Shown piece by piece: positions 1 through 15,329 of a DNA stretch of 64,000 nt. A program made the position numbers and the translations under genes. The stretch comes from Tubulanus polymorphus. Its lineage: Eukaryota > Animalia > Nemertea. The stretch lies in assembly GCF_964204645.1 (NCBI RefSeq), contig NC_134031.1:682001-746000 (forward strand). Direction: 5' to 3'. Positions within the stretch are counted from its first letter, which is position 1. Each line of letters starts with the position of its first letter. A model generated the notes under the pieces. The model was not told where the DNA came from and did no database searches. It saw nothing but the letters and a program-made list of their open reading frames with translations.

Positions 1-279
1 CTGAAATGGAAACTAGCACTGGTCGAGGAACTCGTTCCGGGGAACGACGGCTTAGTTAGAACCGCTAAGATCAAAATTTCGAATGGCAGGACTAATCGAC
101 CAACTAGCAAACTCTACCCTCTTGAAGTGCGCGCCGCAGATCCCTCGAACACGTGCAAACCGGACTCAAACGTAAATTCTGCACCCGTCACACGTCGTTC
201 GACGAGAAAGGCAGCTGCCGAGGCTAGAAATAACATCAGTAGATGGGCTAACGTGCTGTCTGATACATGTAGTAGTTAA
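1..279 (+). mobile_element. 3' end of BEL/Pao LTR-retrotransposon polyprotein (post-integrase DUF5641-like region)
   Basis: Frame 1 reads LKWKLALVEELVPGNDGLVRTAKIKISNGRTNRPTSKLYPLEV..., stop 277-279; matches the W.L..V....PG.DG.VR...RP..KL.PLE motif of Pao-family elements. Confidence 0.85.
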
Positions 280-533
280 TTAATTGATAACCGCTCAAGT
301 CAACGCTAGGTCACTCGGAGACCTAAACAACAAACACAACGCAATGTAATAGACTTTATAATCTTAGTTTTAGAATTAAACACATCATTTTTAGTTGTCA
401 GTAGTTCCTTATCTGACTATCATAAATTTATAACAATATATATGCATCATTTATTCGAATATCGATATTATTTAGTTGTAGTAACATTTTTCTTAATTAC
501 ATCTATCTAGTAATTTTCTGTCGCCCGGGAGAA

Positions 534-750
534 TGTCGGGAATTGTTATATGTCAGTTACCAGTAACGCACTCCCCTCAGTTCATGTAACCCCGCCTATG
601 TAAGCCCCGCTTGAACTTATGCTGTAGCGAGTAGATAAATAAATCAGAGTTTACTTAGACACCAAACATATTGGTCGTTGTTCACCTCTCCGGCGGTCTT
701 GCTTATTTTACTCAAACCTGGACCATTTAATGTGGCAATCATAGCCCACA
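534..750 (+). mobile_element. 3' LTR of the BEL/Pao element (right end approximate)
   Basis: Purine-rich GGGAGAA (PPT-like) directly followed by TGTCGGG at 534; AATAAA near 638; candidate ...CCCACA end at 750. Confidence 0.55.
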
Positions 751-1013
751 GAACGATAAAGGAAGCGATTATGTCCTGCGAGTTTCTCTCTACTCATCTT
801 TAAAACATTTGCCAAAAATTAACATAATCGATTGTCCTGGAATTTCGCTAGATGTGCATCGTTCAGATTCATAATAATTGGACACCACTTTGAATAGAGA
901 CAGTTCAATGCGCTTCAAAAGGCCGCCATTTTGGAGAGATCTATGAAACTCGCTTCTACATGTATTACAACATTATCCTACCCATATTTGGAGGAAAAAT
1001 TGTATATTTTTAG

Positions 1014-3300
1014 GCTGATGCAATGAATGAAAGGATCGGGTACCCAGAATTCATCACTAAACCGGATGAACTGAATAGCTATTATAAAAGGGTAAGTTCG
1101 ATAAAGGCAGCAGAATTTCTACTGATAAATAACCGACTGATATCAATCAACGTTTCATCTATTTTCTAATCTTTAGCTGGAATTTACGGAGGATCATTTT
1201 TTCGATAACGTACTGAAGATTGAACAGTTCGACGCGAAGAGAAACTTTGAAAAATTGCGACATTCAGTGGATAAAAACAGGTCAGATTCATCTTTACGTA
1301 TCCAGCTATATCTGTTTAACTAAAGGATCGGTCCATTTAATATTTCAATATCAAATATATGTATTTACAGTTGGGAACAAGAACCAGCCATCGTCAATGC
1401 CTTCTATAATCCGAATACCAATGATATAGGTAAGGGGCCCAGCTATCAGCTTTTAACTCGTTAAAACATGATAATCGCAGTTCTACAGTTGTGAGTTAGA
1501 GATACCTCTGAACTCTGGACCCAGTTCCACAGTTGTGAGTTAGAGTTAACTCTGAGATGAAGTTTAAATTCTAATCTAACTATTTAACTGTGAGTGAACT
1601 GTGGAACTGAGTCTCTATAGTTTACTTGAAATGTGAAAACGAATGAATGTTTTAATGATGATATTATTTGTAGTGTTTCCGGCTGGGATTTTACAACCGT
1701 TGTTTTATAGCGCTGATTTCCCGAAATCGTTGAACTACGGAGGAATCGGAGTTGTAATAGGTCACGAGATCACTCACGGATTCGACGATAAAGGTAAATG
1801 CGACCTAAACACGACCCGTTACATCACCGATAGTACGGTTTATATACATCCCGTCTATTAATCTTAGAAATTACGTTTTTAGAAGAATATTTGAAGTTTG
1901 GTCATCTTTTCAAATCTAATTAATTTCTCAATGTTCTATTTTGTTGTTTCTATGATTTGTGTTAAGAAAATAAACCATTTTGATCGTTAATACTTTCATT
2001 AAAGGTTTTAAAAACAATTTGAAATACTAAATACGATTTCTATAGTTATTCCCTGACACCTGACGATGACCACGAGAGCGAGTTCGAAACGTCGTGTATT
2101 TTGGTTTCAATTCTCGATGAATAAAATTCGTTTCTAATCTCTTAAATTCTGTGTGGGTTTAAACTTATTATCTGCATGTTCTCCGCGTCAGAGTGTACCG
2201 GGGCTATTCTACAATATCATTAAAAGGCTTGATATATTTATTCATAAGTACAACTTTCTTCATTCATAGGACGACAATTTGATAAAGATGGAAACATGAG
2301 AAAATGGTGGACGAATGAAACGATTGAAGCTTTCAGGAATCGAGCTCAGTGCATGATAGATCAGTACTCACAGTTCAAACTAGAGCCGTTCGGGCTTCCG
2401 GTAATCAGCGCAAACCGATTGACTGTTTTATCAGCTGTATAAAGTACGTGTGATCGTAACGATTCGGTTTTTTAAATCTAGATCGATGGCAGAAATACTC
2501 AAGGAGAAAACATTGCGGATAATGGCGGTTTGAAAGAATCATATCGTGTAAGTATAACCGAATTGTTTTCAGATGTGTCTATATCTATCTAAAGCTTAGC
2601 AAAAATACTTAACATATTCATGACCAGTTTTCCGTCTAACTTGAATAAAAATCGTGTATTTCGAGAGAAAGCGACGGTAAAAACTGTTTGATTAATCCAA
2701 TTTTGGCAATAGTTCTCGACACCCTGTCGCGGTGTCACTATTTATAATCGTGTCTCGAATGTGTGTTTCATTGCAGGCATATCAGAAATGGGTGGAAAAG
2801 AACGGAGAGGAACAACCCCTACCAGGAATAGGATTAACACATAATCAATTATTCTTCCTCAATTTCGCACAGGTAGAAATAGATATAAATAAAAGAAATA
2901 GTAATGAAAAATACCAAAAACATATAGAAATTTTTAGAAATATCCATACTATATTAGCATTTTAATACCATATAATACTATATATTCAATACTATATAAT
3001 TGTGAGAGTATAGTTGTATATATTGAATGTGTTGTTGTAGATCTGGTGTGGTAATATGCGAGACGAGGAAGCTTTACATACAATAAGAACCTCAGTGCAC
3101 AGTCCTGGCCAAATCAGGTAAATATTACTTATACCAGACCCACAGATTGAAGCGTCCAAATAGACGTAATCTATTGAACTTATTTAACTTTCTACTTCAG
3201 AGTTTTAGGACCGTTGTCCAATTCGGCAGATTTCGCCAAGGCGTATAATTGTCCTAAAGGAAGTCGTATGAATCCACATCATAAATGTTCGGTTTGGTAA
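1014..3300 (+). CDS. Neprilysin/M13 zinc metallopeptidase, 3' exons (5' part outside window): 1014-1091, 1177-1280, 1371-1429, 1674-1793, 2270-2400, 2482-2547, 2777-2872, 3041-3117, 3201-3300
   Basis: GT-AG exons join in frame; motifs [23 protein letters not shown] (HExxH), [10 protein letters not shown]-terminal KCSVW*. Confidence 0.95.
1517..1613. mobile_element. MITE family 1 (TIR GGACCCAGTTCCACAG); other copies near 26045-26146, 55145-55240, 60275-60385, 63925-64000
   Basis: ccagttccacagttgtgagtt...gaactgtggaactg terminal inverted repeats recur across the window. Confidence 0.7.
2056..2097 (+). ncRNA. Minimal type I hammerhead ribozyme motif (Penelope-type family A), weak stem II
   Basis: ACAC-CTGACGA-T-...-CGAAAC-GTC-GTGT; stem I ACAC/GTGT, core CUGANGA/GAAA, GUC triplet. 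Confidence 0.7.
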
Positions 3301-3312
3301 ACTATAGATTGT

Positions 3313-3342
<30 letters not shown>
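3313..3342 (+). repeat. (CAG)n microsatellite at start of neprilysin 3' UTR
   Basis: About ten agc/cag units just after the stop codon. Confidence 0.9.
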
Positions 3343-3343
<1 letters not shown>

Positions 3344-4344
3344 TCAGCGTGGGCGGAAACAGAGATAACGTTACTGAATTATTTATCTACGAAAAATAAT
3401 GTCTATGTTGTAAAAAAAAGTCAGCCGAATGCGGCAGTGAAATAAGAGAACTCGTAAGGAAGAGAAGGTTGAATTTCGGCACTGAAGGTGAAGGTACACT
3501 GAAGTTACAGTGCAAACATTCATGTATATAAACAGTAATTCAGTCAGTCAGTCACTCAGTCAGGCAGTCAAATAATTTTATATAAGTAAATTGTGAATGT
3601 TTTAATGTGAATTCAATAAACAACAAAAAACTTGATGTCGAAAATATTGAATTCATTTCGTTTGTTTTATCAAAAAATACGTATAAATGTGTTGAAAATT
3701 GTGTATATATTAAACATATTGTAAAATGCAAGTTTTGTACTAAATACTGAAGCCAGGGGGCGCTGTGACGTCTCGCCCTCGCAGGCCACGAGGGTCAGTT
3801 GGCTGACTCCGACCCGGTAGTTTCGGCCGCGGGAGGCATCGGATCCGGGCTATAGCGAGGATCTATTTGAGAATTTGAATTCATCTCGGGACGGTTTGCA
3901 TTTATCAGTGTCTGTTTGGATTACAGTTCGATGATTAACATGTGGAAAATACTAAAATTCAGATGAACCAAATCTTAATTTCTCGATCAACGAAACTCGA
4001 ATGTACGATTTATGCTACGGGTATACTATACATGTATATATGTTACCAAATCAGTCCTCTAGGGGGCGTTAGTTGTTTGTACATTATTTCATCCTCAAGG
4101 GGCACAAACCTCGTGTCTACTTTACTTTCTATCTTGTAGTTCCATTCGACGTAAAAATACGAATCTTGGTGGTTTTAAACAATATTGACTATTTTAATAA
4201 TATTCAATGAATGTTATCGATCGATCATTTTGTACGTCACGTTTCTCTGTGTATTTTCTATGTTATCTTTGAATCTTAAATAAATTATTCTAAATGTGTC
4301 TTGTTTTAAATTTCTTCGTCAATATATAATGTGTATACACTCTT

Positions 4345-4520
4345 CGACTGGCAAGCTGGAGATCGCCGTTTCGAGTCCTACGAGTCGGAAAATCGGACCA
4401 AGCTTTACATTTGTAAAATGTCTGTTCCAAATTGGTCCCCTCTATTTTAGACCGGTCCAATATGAATGGACCGATAAAACCGGTGTCTGGTGATAAGAAA
4501 CTTCAACAAACAAACAAATT
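4345..4520 (+). mobile_element. Possible tRNA-derived SINE fragment
   Basis: B-box-like GTTTCGAGTCCT near 4368-4379 and a (CAAA)n tail near 4505-4518. Confidence 0.35.
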
Positions 4521-4719
4521 CATTCTTACGATTGAAAAATATATAGATTTATTTTTTTCACTTGTCATCTATTAAAAAATGGAATGATGATTTCATTAAA
4601 AAATCTCAGCAAATTTGACTAGCAGTTTCTAGTACACAGTGAATTGAGCATATATAACATACAGAATACACGCAGACAGACAGACAGTAGCCTCTGACAG
4701 ATGACACCCATTCAAATAT

Positions 4720-7581
<2,862 letters not shown>

Positions 7582-8456
7582 ATTAACGCTACCTGCAGCC
7601 CTTCCCCGCTGACACTGTGTGTTTAGGATCCAACAAGTTTATCGTCAAGCGACATGCGATATCAGTCAATCGAGCTAAGTGCAGACAGAAACCGCGTAAA
7701 ACTGCGGAACGGACGTAGCATATTTGACGCGTGGATCGGACGTCCAGACCGTTAGGCGAACCCGGCCCGCAGCGCCGGGGAGACACGGCAATCCATAGGG
7801 CCTCGTATCAGAGTTGTAGGTATTGTAAAAACGATAACCTGTTAACTCCAGTGTCTATAATGTATATACAATTTTCTATAGACAACTGGATTAACAGATC
7901 AGATGGCACTACCTTTACAACTCCGGAAATCCGTCACGGTGACTGCGACCGGCCGGTCCGGCCAGCAATGAGAGCCCTTGAATCCTTGCTAACCAATATT
8001 GACAAGAGCAAGTATCGCCACGGCCCCCGTGCTGTAACGCCGATGACCACAGCCCTGGCTAGACTCAAAGTGTCCCAAATAATCTCAAACTTAGTCTAAA
8101 TTTATAAATAATAATTATTTTCTGCTTTGAAATCGTTCTCCTGAATGACCGTTGATAAAATGTTTGTAAATGGCATTTTTGTCATCTCACTGTCTTTATG
8201 CGTGATACATACTATGAGTCAGAAGTACCTGAAATATTTCTTATCCGAATTTCGGATATATGAGCTTATCTTATCATGTGTTTAGTCATTCGATTTAATA
8301 GTAACATATCAACAAGGCACAGTTATCGCACGAGTCTATTCAACCCTCTGATAAAGCTCGTATAAAGATCTCCCACTCTCTGTTTCAAGCCTTTAGGTCC
8401 TATAATGATATTTTCAAATGTTACAAAAAATAAACATCCAACTGATTGAAATTTAT

Positions 8457-9290
8457 TGAATAAACTTCTAAATCGCCATTCTTAAACAGGTGCCCGTCCA
8501 CAACAGGTGCTCGTATCGATGCGGAAATTTCGTAAAGAGAACATTGCTGACGTCATCATCTTCGTGCTGAATATATCTGGTTACTGGATATATGAAACAA
8601 CAATCCATGCTGCAGTTATAAAAACGCGACGCAAGGGTTTATCAGAAAAACCGTATGGAAAATAGACCAAGGCCAACTCGCAATCTTAAAACCATCAGAC
8701 GACTTGATAAATTTCCACGTAAATATCGATCGAGGTGCTCTTGATGATTTAGAATTTTACGACCAGCGGAACAAATGATATTCCACTGTACATATCTATG
8801 ATCTACATGTATAAATCATTATCTATTGCTTCAATAGGGAAGTTTCCAGTTTCCAGTTACCATAATAATCTTAATGAAAGGAAATATGAAAACTCTACGA
8901 AGGAAATTATTCGCTAGTAATAAACATTAATAAATTGATTTATTAGATTTGTAAAATAAAATGTAGGAATTGTTAGAGGTTTGGACAGCCCCCCCCCCTC
9001 CCTCCTCCTCCCTTAAGGAAATCTTGGAAGTCAGATACTCAGATGTGCGGATTGTTTGATGATAAAACGAGGGTCTAAATAAATAAAAGAATTTGATAGT
9101 AAGATGTACATCATGTTTTTAATACATATGTAGTTGTAAGTGTAGAGTTTCGGCTTTGAGAACGTAAACATCGCGTTGTGAACTGGAACGACGACCATGT
9201 ACAGGTCCGCGGGGACCCGGGGTCTGGCGCTTTCTATAATCCCCCTCCCCCTCTCCTCCGCCAAACTCTAGTTAAAGATAGTGAAAATTT
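8457..9290. repeat. Degenerate duplicate of dCMP-deaminase flanking sequence (gene body deleted)
   Basis: 8457-8742 resembles 12852-13148; 8950-8978 resembles 11232-11258; 8985-9290 resembles 12343-12582. Confidence 0.85.
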
Positions 9291-9419
9291 CACTGCACCC
9301 TTTCCCCATCTTATTCCTACTCTTATTCGTACAAAAACTGTGGAATTAATTCCAATTCGCTTACCAGAAAAGCCGATACTAGCAGGTAGTTTCGGCATTT
9401 TCTGGCTTGACACGGTTAG

Positions 9420-10590
9420 CTAGGATTCTATCAAAATGGTGAAGATGCTAAATTATTGCCAGAAAATGTTCCTATTTGCTATAGATGAATAAATATCACA
9501 AAATTTATCCACTTCCTTAGAAAGTTATCATCAACAGTCTCCGAATTAAATCTCATCAGAATGTCCGATGCCACATCCTCTATCTTCTTGCGCATTACAG
9601 AGCGCAGACCACTATTCCAAAATCTTCTATCCTATAGTAAAAACAAGAAATTCGAGAGTTCATATATAAGCGCGTAAATTCAGGGGAAATCCTGCTTACG
9701 GCTCTTAGGACAGCATCTTAGCTACGCATTGAAGTGGTTTTCGCCCCACATACCCAACCTAACTTTTGAAATAATCAAACCTTCAGAAAGGAGGGGTTTC
9801 CCAGTACAGGTATGCCAGTACATCCGAGCCCAATATCTAAGGGAATCCCCCTCCGTGTTTGGTACCCTTACTCCAAGCAAATAAGTCCAGGGAATCCCTT
9901 ATTTCATCATCGATCTGTCTCTCAGGATCAATGGATTTCATACATATAACCGAAATTTGTTACCTATCCCATTTGCAGAAATTATGGCAACATTTATGGG
10001 GGAACTCTTGTTCATTCTAGGTACTATTTTTGGGGTCTGGCGCTACGCATCTTCGAGCTACTAACCTAATTGTGTTCTGATGCCTACATCTGCGCAGAGA
10101 GAAGCTGGATCATTTACATCAGAGTCTGGATTATCAATCATAGGTGAAGATGAACTTTCTTTGCAATTCTCAGAGGTTTTTGCATTATCCAATACAGGTA
10201 TATCATCACTATCAGGAACTACTTTTTCGACTCCCGAATCCATACATTATCACAGCACCGACAACATATAAAATGAATTCACTTTTTCTACCCGGGTATC
10301 GGTTTTCGTAAATAATTGATTAATTTAAGAGAAAAGTTCATTCGATTGTAACTGAAATTGATCACGGAAGATAAGGTGATGTGAGGTGAGTGAAACGAAT
10401 AGACGAAAACTGTATTTTCGTCCGATTCCACGATCAGCAGAAGGTTGTACTTTCGTGCTGGTCGACCAGTTAATACCGTACGTATCTTGAGAGACTATGA
10501 ACGAGGTGTGCTCTACTATCGGAAGCGATTCTTTGTCGAACGTCTCTTAAAATCCGAATCCAGACGAGGAGAATACTAACTAGTATATTT
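9420..10590 (-). mobile_element. Possible decayed non-LTR retrotransposon remnant (L1/Tx1-like)
   Basis: Acidic ORF1-like start MDSGVEKVVPDSDD at 10243, then interrupted frames such as GLRSVMRKKIEDVASDILMRFNSETVDDNFLRKW; no RT motif visible. Confidence 0.3.
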
Positions 10591-11319
10591 TCGATGATCT
10601 GAAGTGAATATTATTTATTGATGTATGTCAAAGCTCACGACTCGCAGGTCGACACTTTCGCTATAGTATACGGAGCTCACGACTCGCAGGTCGGTTTCAG
10701 AACATATTCTCAACTAAACTGAACTATTCTGAACTGTACTGAACTGAACAAAAAAATGTTTATTAGATATTCATAATGGGTGACTTAAGTTGAGAGAAGC
10801 ATTAAACTGACATGTGAGAGAGTGCAAAACTTACAATTTACTATTCAGAACTATGATGATATTAATTACCTTTCATTTTCAGTGTCTATATTCAAACCAT
10901 CTTATACTGCATGGATATGTTATTTTACTGATAATTTAAGGTATATATTTCGACATTGAAACTTTAGTGTAAAATCCTCATTTCATAGCGAGGCGAGGCA
11001 AGTTTAATACGCTATAACCATAACCTTTGGTACATTAGAGGAATAACTAAATTAAAATCGTCATATATAAAGAAAAATTAGCGAGTAACTACAAGCGACA
11101 CCTCGTGGAATCCTCTATTGCCATAGTAACGCTGCGGGTATCATTATTATAAGTAGCAAAATTAAAAATATTACAGATAAATATATAAGACTATTCGGGA
11201 TAAATATAAGTAAATAGATTGTGATTAATGATGTAAAATAAAATGTAGGAATTGTTATAACTTCCACAAACTTGTTGTATTCTCAGCAGTTCACTATGGC
11301 ATGCTCTAAAAACCACAAC

Positions 11320-11854
11320 CTATTCATCAACTTTGTAGTTAAGAATCACTTTCTCATTTCCACCTTCTTTTACCTCATACTTCACTACTTTTACCTTGGC
11401 TTTTTCCAGCATTATTTTAGAGGCTTCGTATTCGTCTCGACCTCGTTTTGTGTGTGATAGGTAAATCACTTCTTCAATTCCTGATTGTATGATAATCTTA
11501 GTGCACTCATTGCAAGGGAAAAATGTTACATAAATTGTACAGCCTTTCAGCGATGCACAATTCCGGAAAGCGATAGCATTCATTTCAGCGCAACACTCGT
11601 AAGGCCTTTTAGTTTCCAGAGGAGCGCCTTCTATACCCCAATTCATTTCATCATCTGAACATTTCAATGGCATTCCGTTATAACCAACGCCCATAATCCT
11701 GTTGTCTTTGTCTACGATGCAAGCTCCAACCTGAAGGGCGGGATCTTTGCTTCGTTGGGCGCTGAGCAGGGCAATGCCATTCGCCCCAAGATATGTAATC
11801 TTCCCGCTTTCGGTTTCTATTCGCAGACGGTTGGTCAATTGGATTCGTGGCCAT
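11320..11854 (-). pseudogene. DCTD: Intronless dCMP deaminase-like gene with a frameshift (probable 8-nt deletion near 11775)
   Basis: ATG 11854 gives MATNPIDQPSANRNRKREDYISWGEW in one frame; IALLSAQRSKDP..VGACIV..GYNG..CAEMNAI..FPCNEC in another; 535 nt + 8 = 181 codons. Confidence 0.85.
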
Positions 11855-14139
11855 TGTAAACTGAAAATAGAATTACACACCAGGGTAGATTTCATCCGAC
11901 AGTCTTTTTTTCTATTTCTGGCCAAAACACAGTTCGTTTCTAATTGATTCATATTCAATCAGTTTAATAGCTCAACCACGGGTAACCGATGGTCTGCGTT
12001 ATTAAACCACTACTATCAGATTCAACCAACACTAATTTGATTCACCCAATGTTGTGATGAATACTTATGGTGGTTTATCGTGTCGCGACCAGTACTTAAG
12101 AACCTTGTCAGTGACTGTTTTAGTTAGTATGACAAGACTCTTACAGCACCTGACTTAAAACAGTTGTTCGATTACAACAACCAATCATATACATTTGTCA
12201 GTAATCAACACGGTAATCCTATGGGCGATGAGGAGCGACGAATTGTAAAACTGAAACGTAGGTGACTCGTCGAGTGAGAAATATGTGGGTGGGGGTTTGC
12301 TTTTAACTTGGTTAGAATTGAACGGGGGTGGGGGGGGGTTGGGCAGCCCCCCCCTTTAGGAATTCTTAGAAATCTGATTCCCAGAATGATGACGTCTGAG
12401 TGATTATTTGGTGATGAAACGAAGGTCTGAACAAATTTAATGTACTATGTTATAATATAGTTGTTAAGTGTTAAGTTTCGGCTTAGAGTACGTAAACATT
12501 GCGTTGTGAACTCGAACGACGACCATGTAGATCCGGGGCCTGGTATCTTCTTTAAAACGAACTCTAGTCAAAGATAGTGAAATAATATCATTTTATAGGG
12601 CTTTGCACACTGGATAGTGCGACAAATACATCGTCAGTCTATCGAACCGAACGTTAAAGGATAGCGACGCCTAAATTCCCCAAAAACGCGGCTCACGCAT
12701 GGATCTCGTACTGGTTCGGTCATTAAAGGGTTAAATGTCTAACGCCCTCTGATACTATTTTGTGTGAATGGTTTTTTTTTCAGATATGTTAAACACGCTA
12801 GCAAAATTAACACGTCACGGATTGGAATTTCAGTTTCGCTTTTCTCCAAGAAATAAACTTCTTAATCGCCATCTTATAACAGGTGCCCGTTCACAGCAGG
12901 TGCTCGCAATGCTGCGGATATTGTGAAGAAAGTCTCTGACTTCATCTTCGTCTAAATATCTGGTTATTGTACATCAAACATATAGATATCAACACATTAA
13001 TCCATACCAGTTTATACTTGTTTCCTTAAAAATCAGACAACACGAGTTTCTGTAGAAAGCTTTATGAAAAATAGGTCAAGGACGTCTTGAAGTCTTAGAA
13101 CCACCCAGACGACTAGACGAATTGTAAATATCTATCGACGTGCTTTTTAATTTAGTGGCCATTTCTAACAAGGAAGAGGACCCCCTTTTTTTAATTTGGT
13201 AACCGAAGAAATAGATTAACGTAACGTAAAATTGAAAATGTTTTCGATCATGATTTATTCCTTTTTGTGCTTGAATTACAAATTAGTAGATACATTATAC
13301 TAATGAATAAAACTATACATTAGATTAAAAATGATACTTTGTTTCTCCTGATCGACTTTGTCACTTTTGTAAACGGAGTTGAGCCATAGATGATACTTGA
13401 AATATATGTTTCGATAATTTTTATCATTGAAATCGAATGTAGCATTTTTAAAGGTCTTCATTAAACCCCGCCTTACCTCCCGTTTCCATTAGAAACTCTG
13501 TTATCAACTTGGGGACACATTTTTGTACAGGAAAATATCTTTTATCTTGAGATTTAAGATTAATTAATTATTCAATTAAGTATAATTGAAGTTGATTTTT
13601 CGGAATGAGGTTGGTAGACCTGGATTTGTGTACGGTATGTTGAGATATTGCATTTAATTTTGCCCTGATGCGCTTGTTCATTTAGCTAATCAACGTGTTA
13701 CGTGATAAAAACAACTCGGAATGAAAAGATTGTTATTTTTGCTGATTTTGAGAATAACATGAACGCGTCTTATATTAATCGAGCTTATCGACCTGGGGAA
13801 AAACTATTGTCGGAATATTCAAGTGAATGCTAGTTAAAGATGATAATGCGTGTTTGAAATTAAACTTTTTACAGCTGTTTCAACAGTAGCTTAGCGAATA
13901 TTCGCTGATATTCGCCGATAGCATTTTATTTTAGTGCAAAGTCATTGCAATAGACTGGCTGAAATAAACACCATTAGAAATTGTCACCTTTCTGCCTTCA
14001 CCCTGGCAGTGGTTGTCTCCACGGAGATCATCACCCAACCACCCAGACACTTCAAATTCCAGAGTTTAGTCCACAGTTCAATCAGGCGGTTTTTTTTTTA
14101 CTGTGTTTAACTCTGATATCTCAGCTCATAAATATTCAA

Positions 14140-14505
14140 TTTTGATAAGATATAAAAACGGTTACCAGTTTAAACCGGTTCTTTTAGCTTTACGTGATCT
14201 TTTCCATGAATATCTTTTATCTTATGTATTATATCTTTATTTCTTGAAGAAAAGCTGTTAAAAATATTAGTCAAATCATTGACCTTACTTTATGTTTTGT
14301 TCATTATATCATTTAAACGACAAAACCGATTTTAATACGATTAAATTTAAGCTACAAAACCAGTTTGAACTGGTTGTTTTCACAGCACGTGATATTTTCC
14401 ATGAATTCCTTCCATCAATTTATAACCATTTTTTATACCTTTATTTCTTGATGAATAGCTGTTACTATCGGTCAAGCAATATTAGTCACATGATTGACCT
14501 ATTCT
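14140..14505. repeat. Diverged ~200-bp tandem duplication
   Basis: accagttt...cgtgat...ttccatgaat...tttatttcttga...agctgtta...aatattagtca...attgacct occurs twice. Confidence 0.7.
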
Positions 14506-15329
14506 GCACGTTATAGCATTGATTATCAGTGACGCTGTTCAAATTTGTGTCGTTTAAAAAAGATTTCACGCAATCTTGTAAAGCGTTGACGCAGTTTGTA
14601 CAGGGAGATAAGCCTGATTCACTAATTCCATCACATGTACGCCTATATAATATATACTTTCATATTTGCACCGAGTTGTTTTTTGTTATTTACACAATAT
14701 CAATTTTCCATATGAAATACATTTCCTTTAAAAATTCATAATACCATATTAAGTTGATGGATAGATTTGATGCCAAATGTGCATAAATTGCATTTCAGAG
14801 CCTTAAAAATTCAAAAGTCAAAACCGACCCCGTTATTGGGCTATGACATATTATATATGCAGAAATTGTAAGATTTGTGAAAACTTCTTACTGAATATGG
14901 CAACATTTTTTTTAAATGTGGAATAAACCAATTCGATATGGCTTCCGGTGGAAATAGGATTTATTAATCGTAATATTGTCCTGAATAAAACCAAAATGAA
15001 AATAAGAAAAGCATTGATGAGAAGTACAACAAAAAATAGCGTTATCTGACAGAAAATAAATTAATAGTCTAGGAATGAAGTGTCCGATTACTGTTTAGCG
15101 ATGATCTGAGAATATCACAGACATTCAGTCTCAAGAGTCAGAATTATATTAAAAAAACATCATTCGCTCAGAGATTATCAAAACTTATAGATGGAAGTAA
15201 AATAAAACAGCAAAATCACAGTATAGAAAATATCGAGTAACATTTTATGGATCCACGGACAGAACCAGTTCCACAAGCATTCTATAAGGCGGGTTAAGGT
15301 CACACGTCAGACTCTGGCCCAGTACAACA

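Noticed and set aside
3805-3850. tRNA-Sec-like start GCCCGGAT, or a hammerhead, on the minus strand
   Set aside because: No cloverleaf, anticodon arm or CUGANGA core
7589-8099. Short ORFs upstream of SRM
   Set aside because: GC-rich promoter-like region, non-ATG starts, no recognisable motifs
11855-11958. N-terminal extension of the 212-aa deaminase ORF
   Set aside because: Runs through an intron acceptor region; the homologous N-terminus is in another frame from ATG 11854
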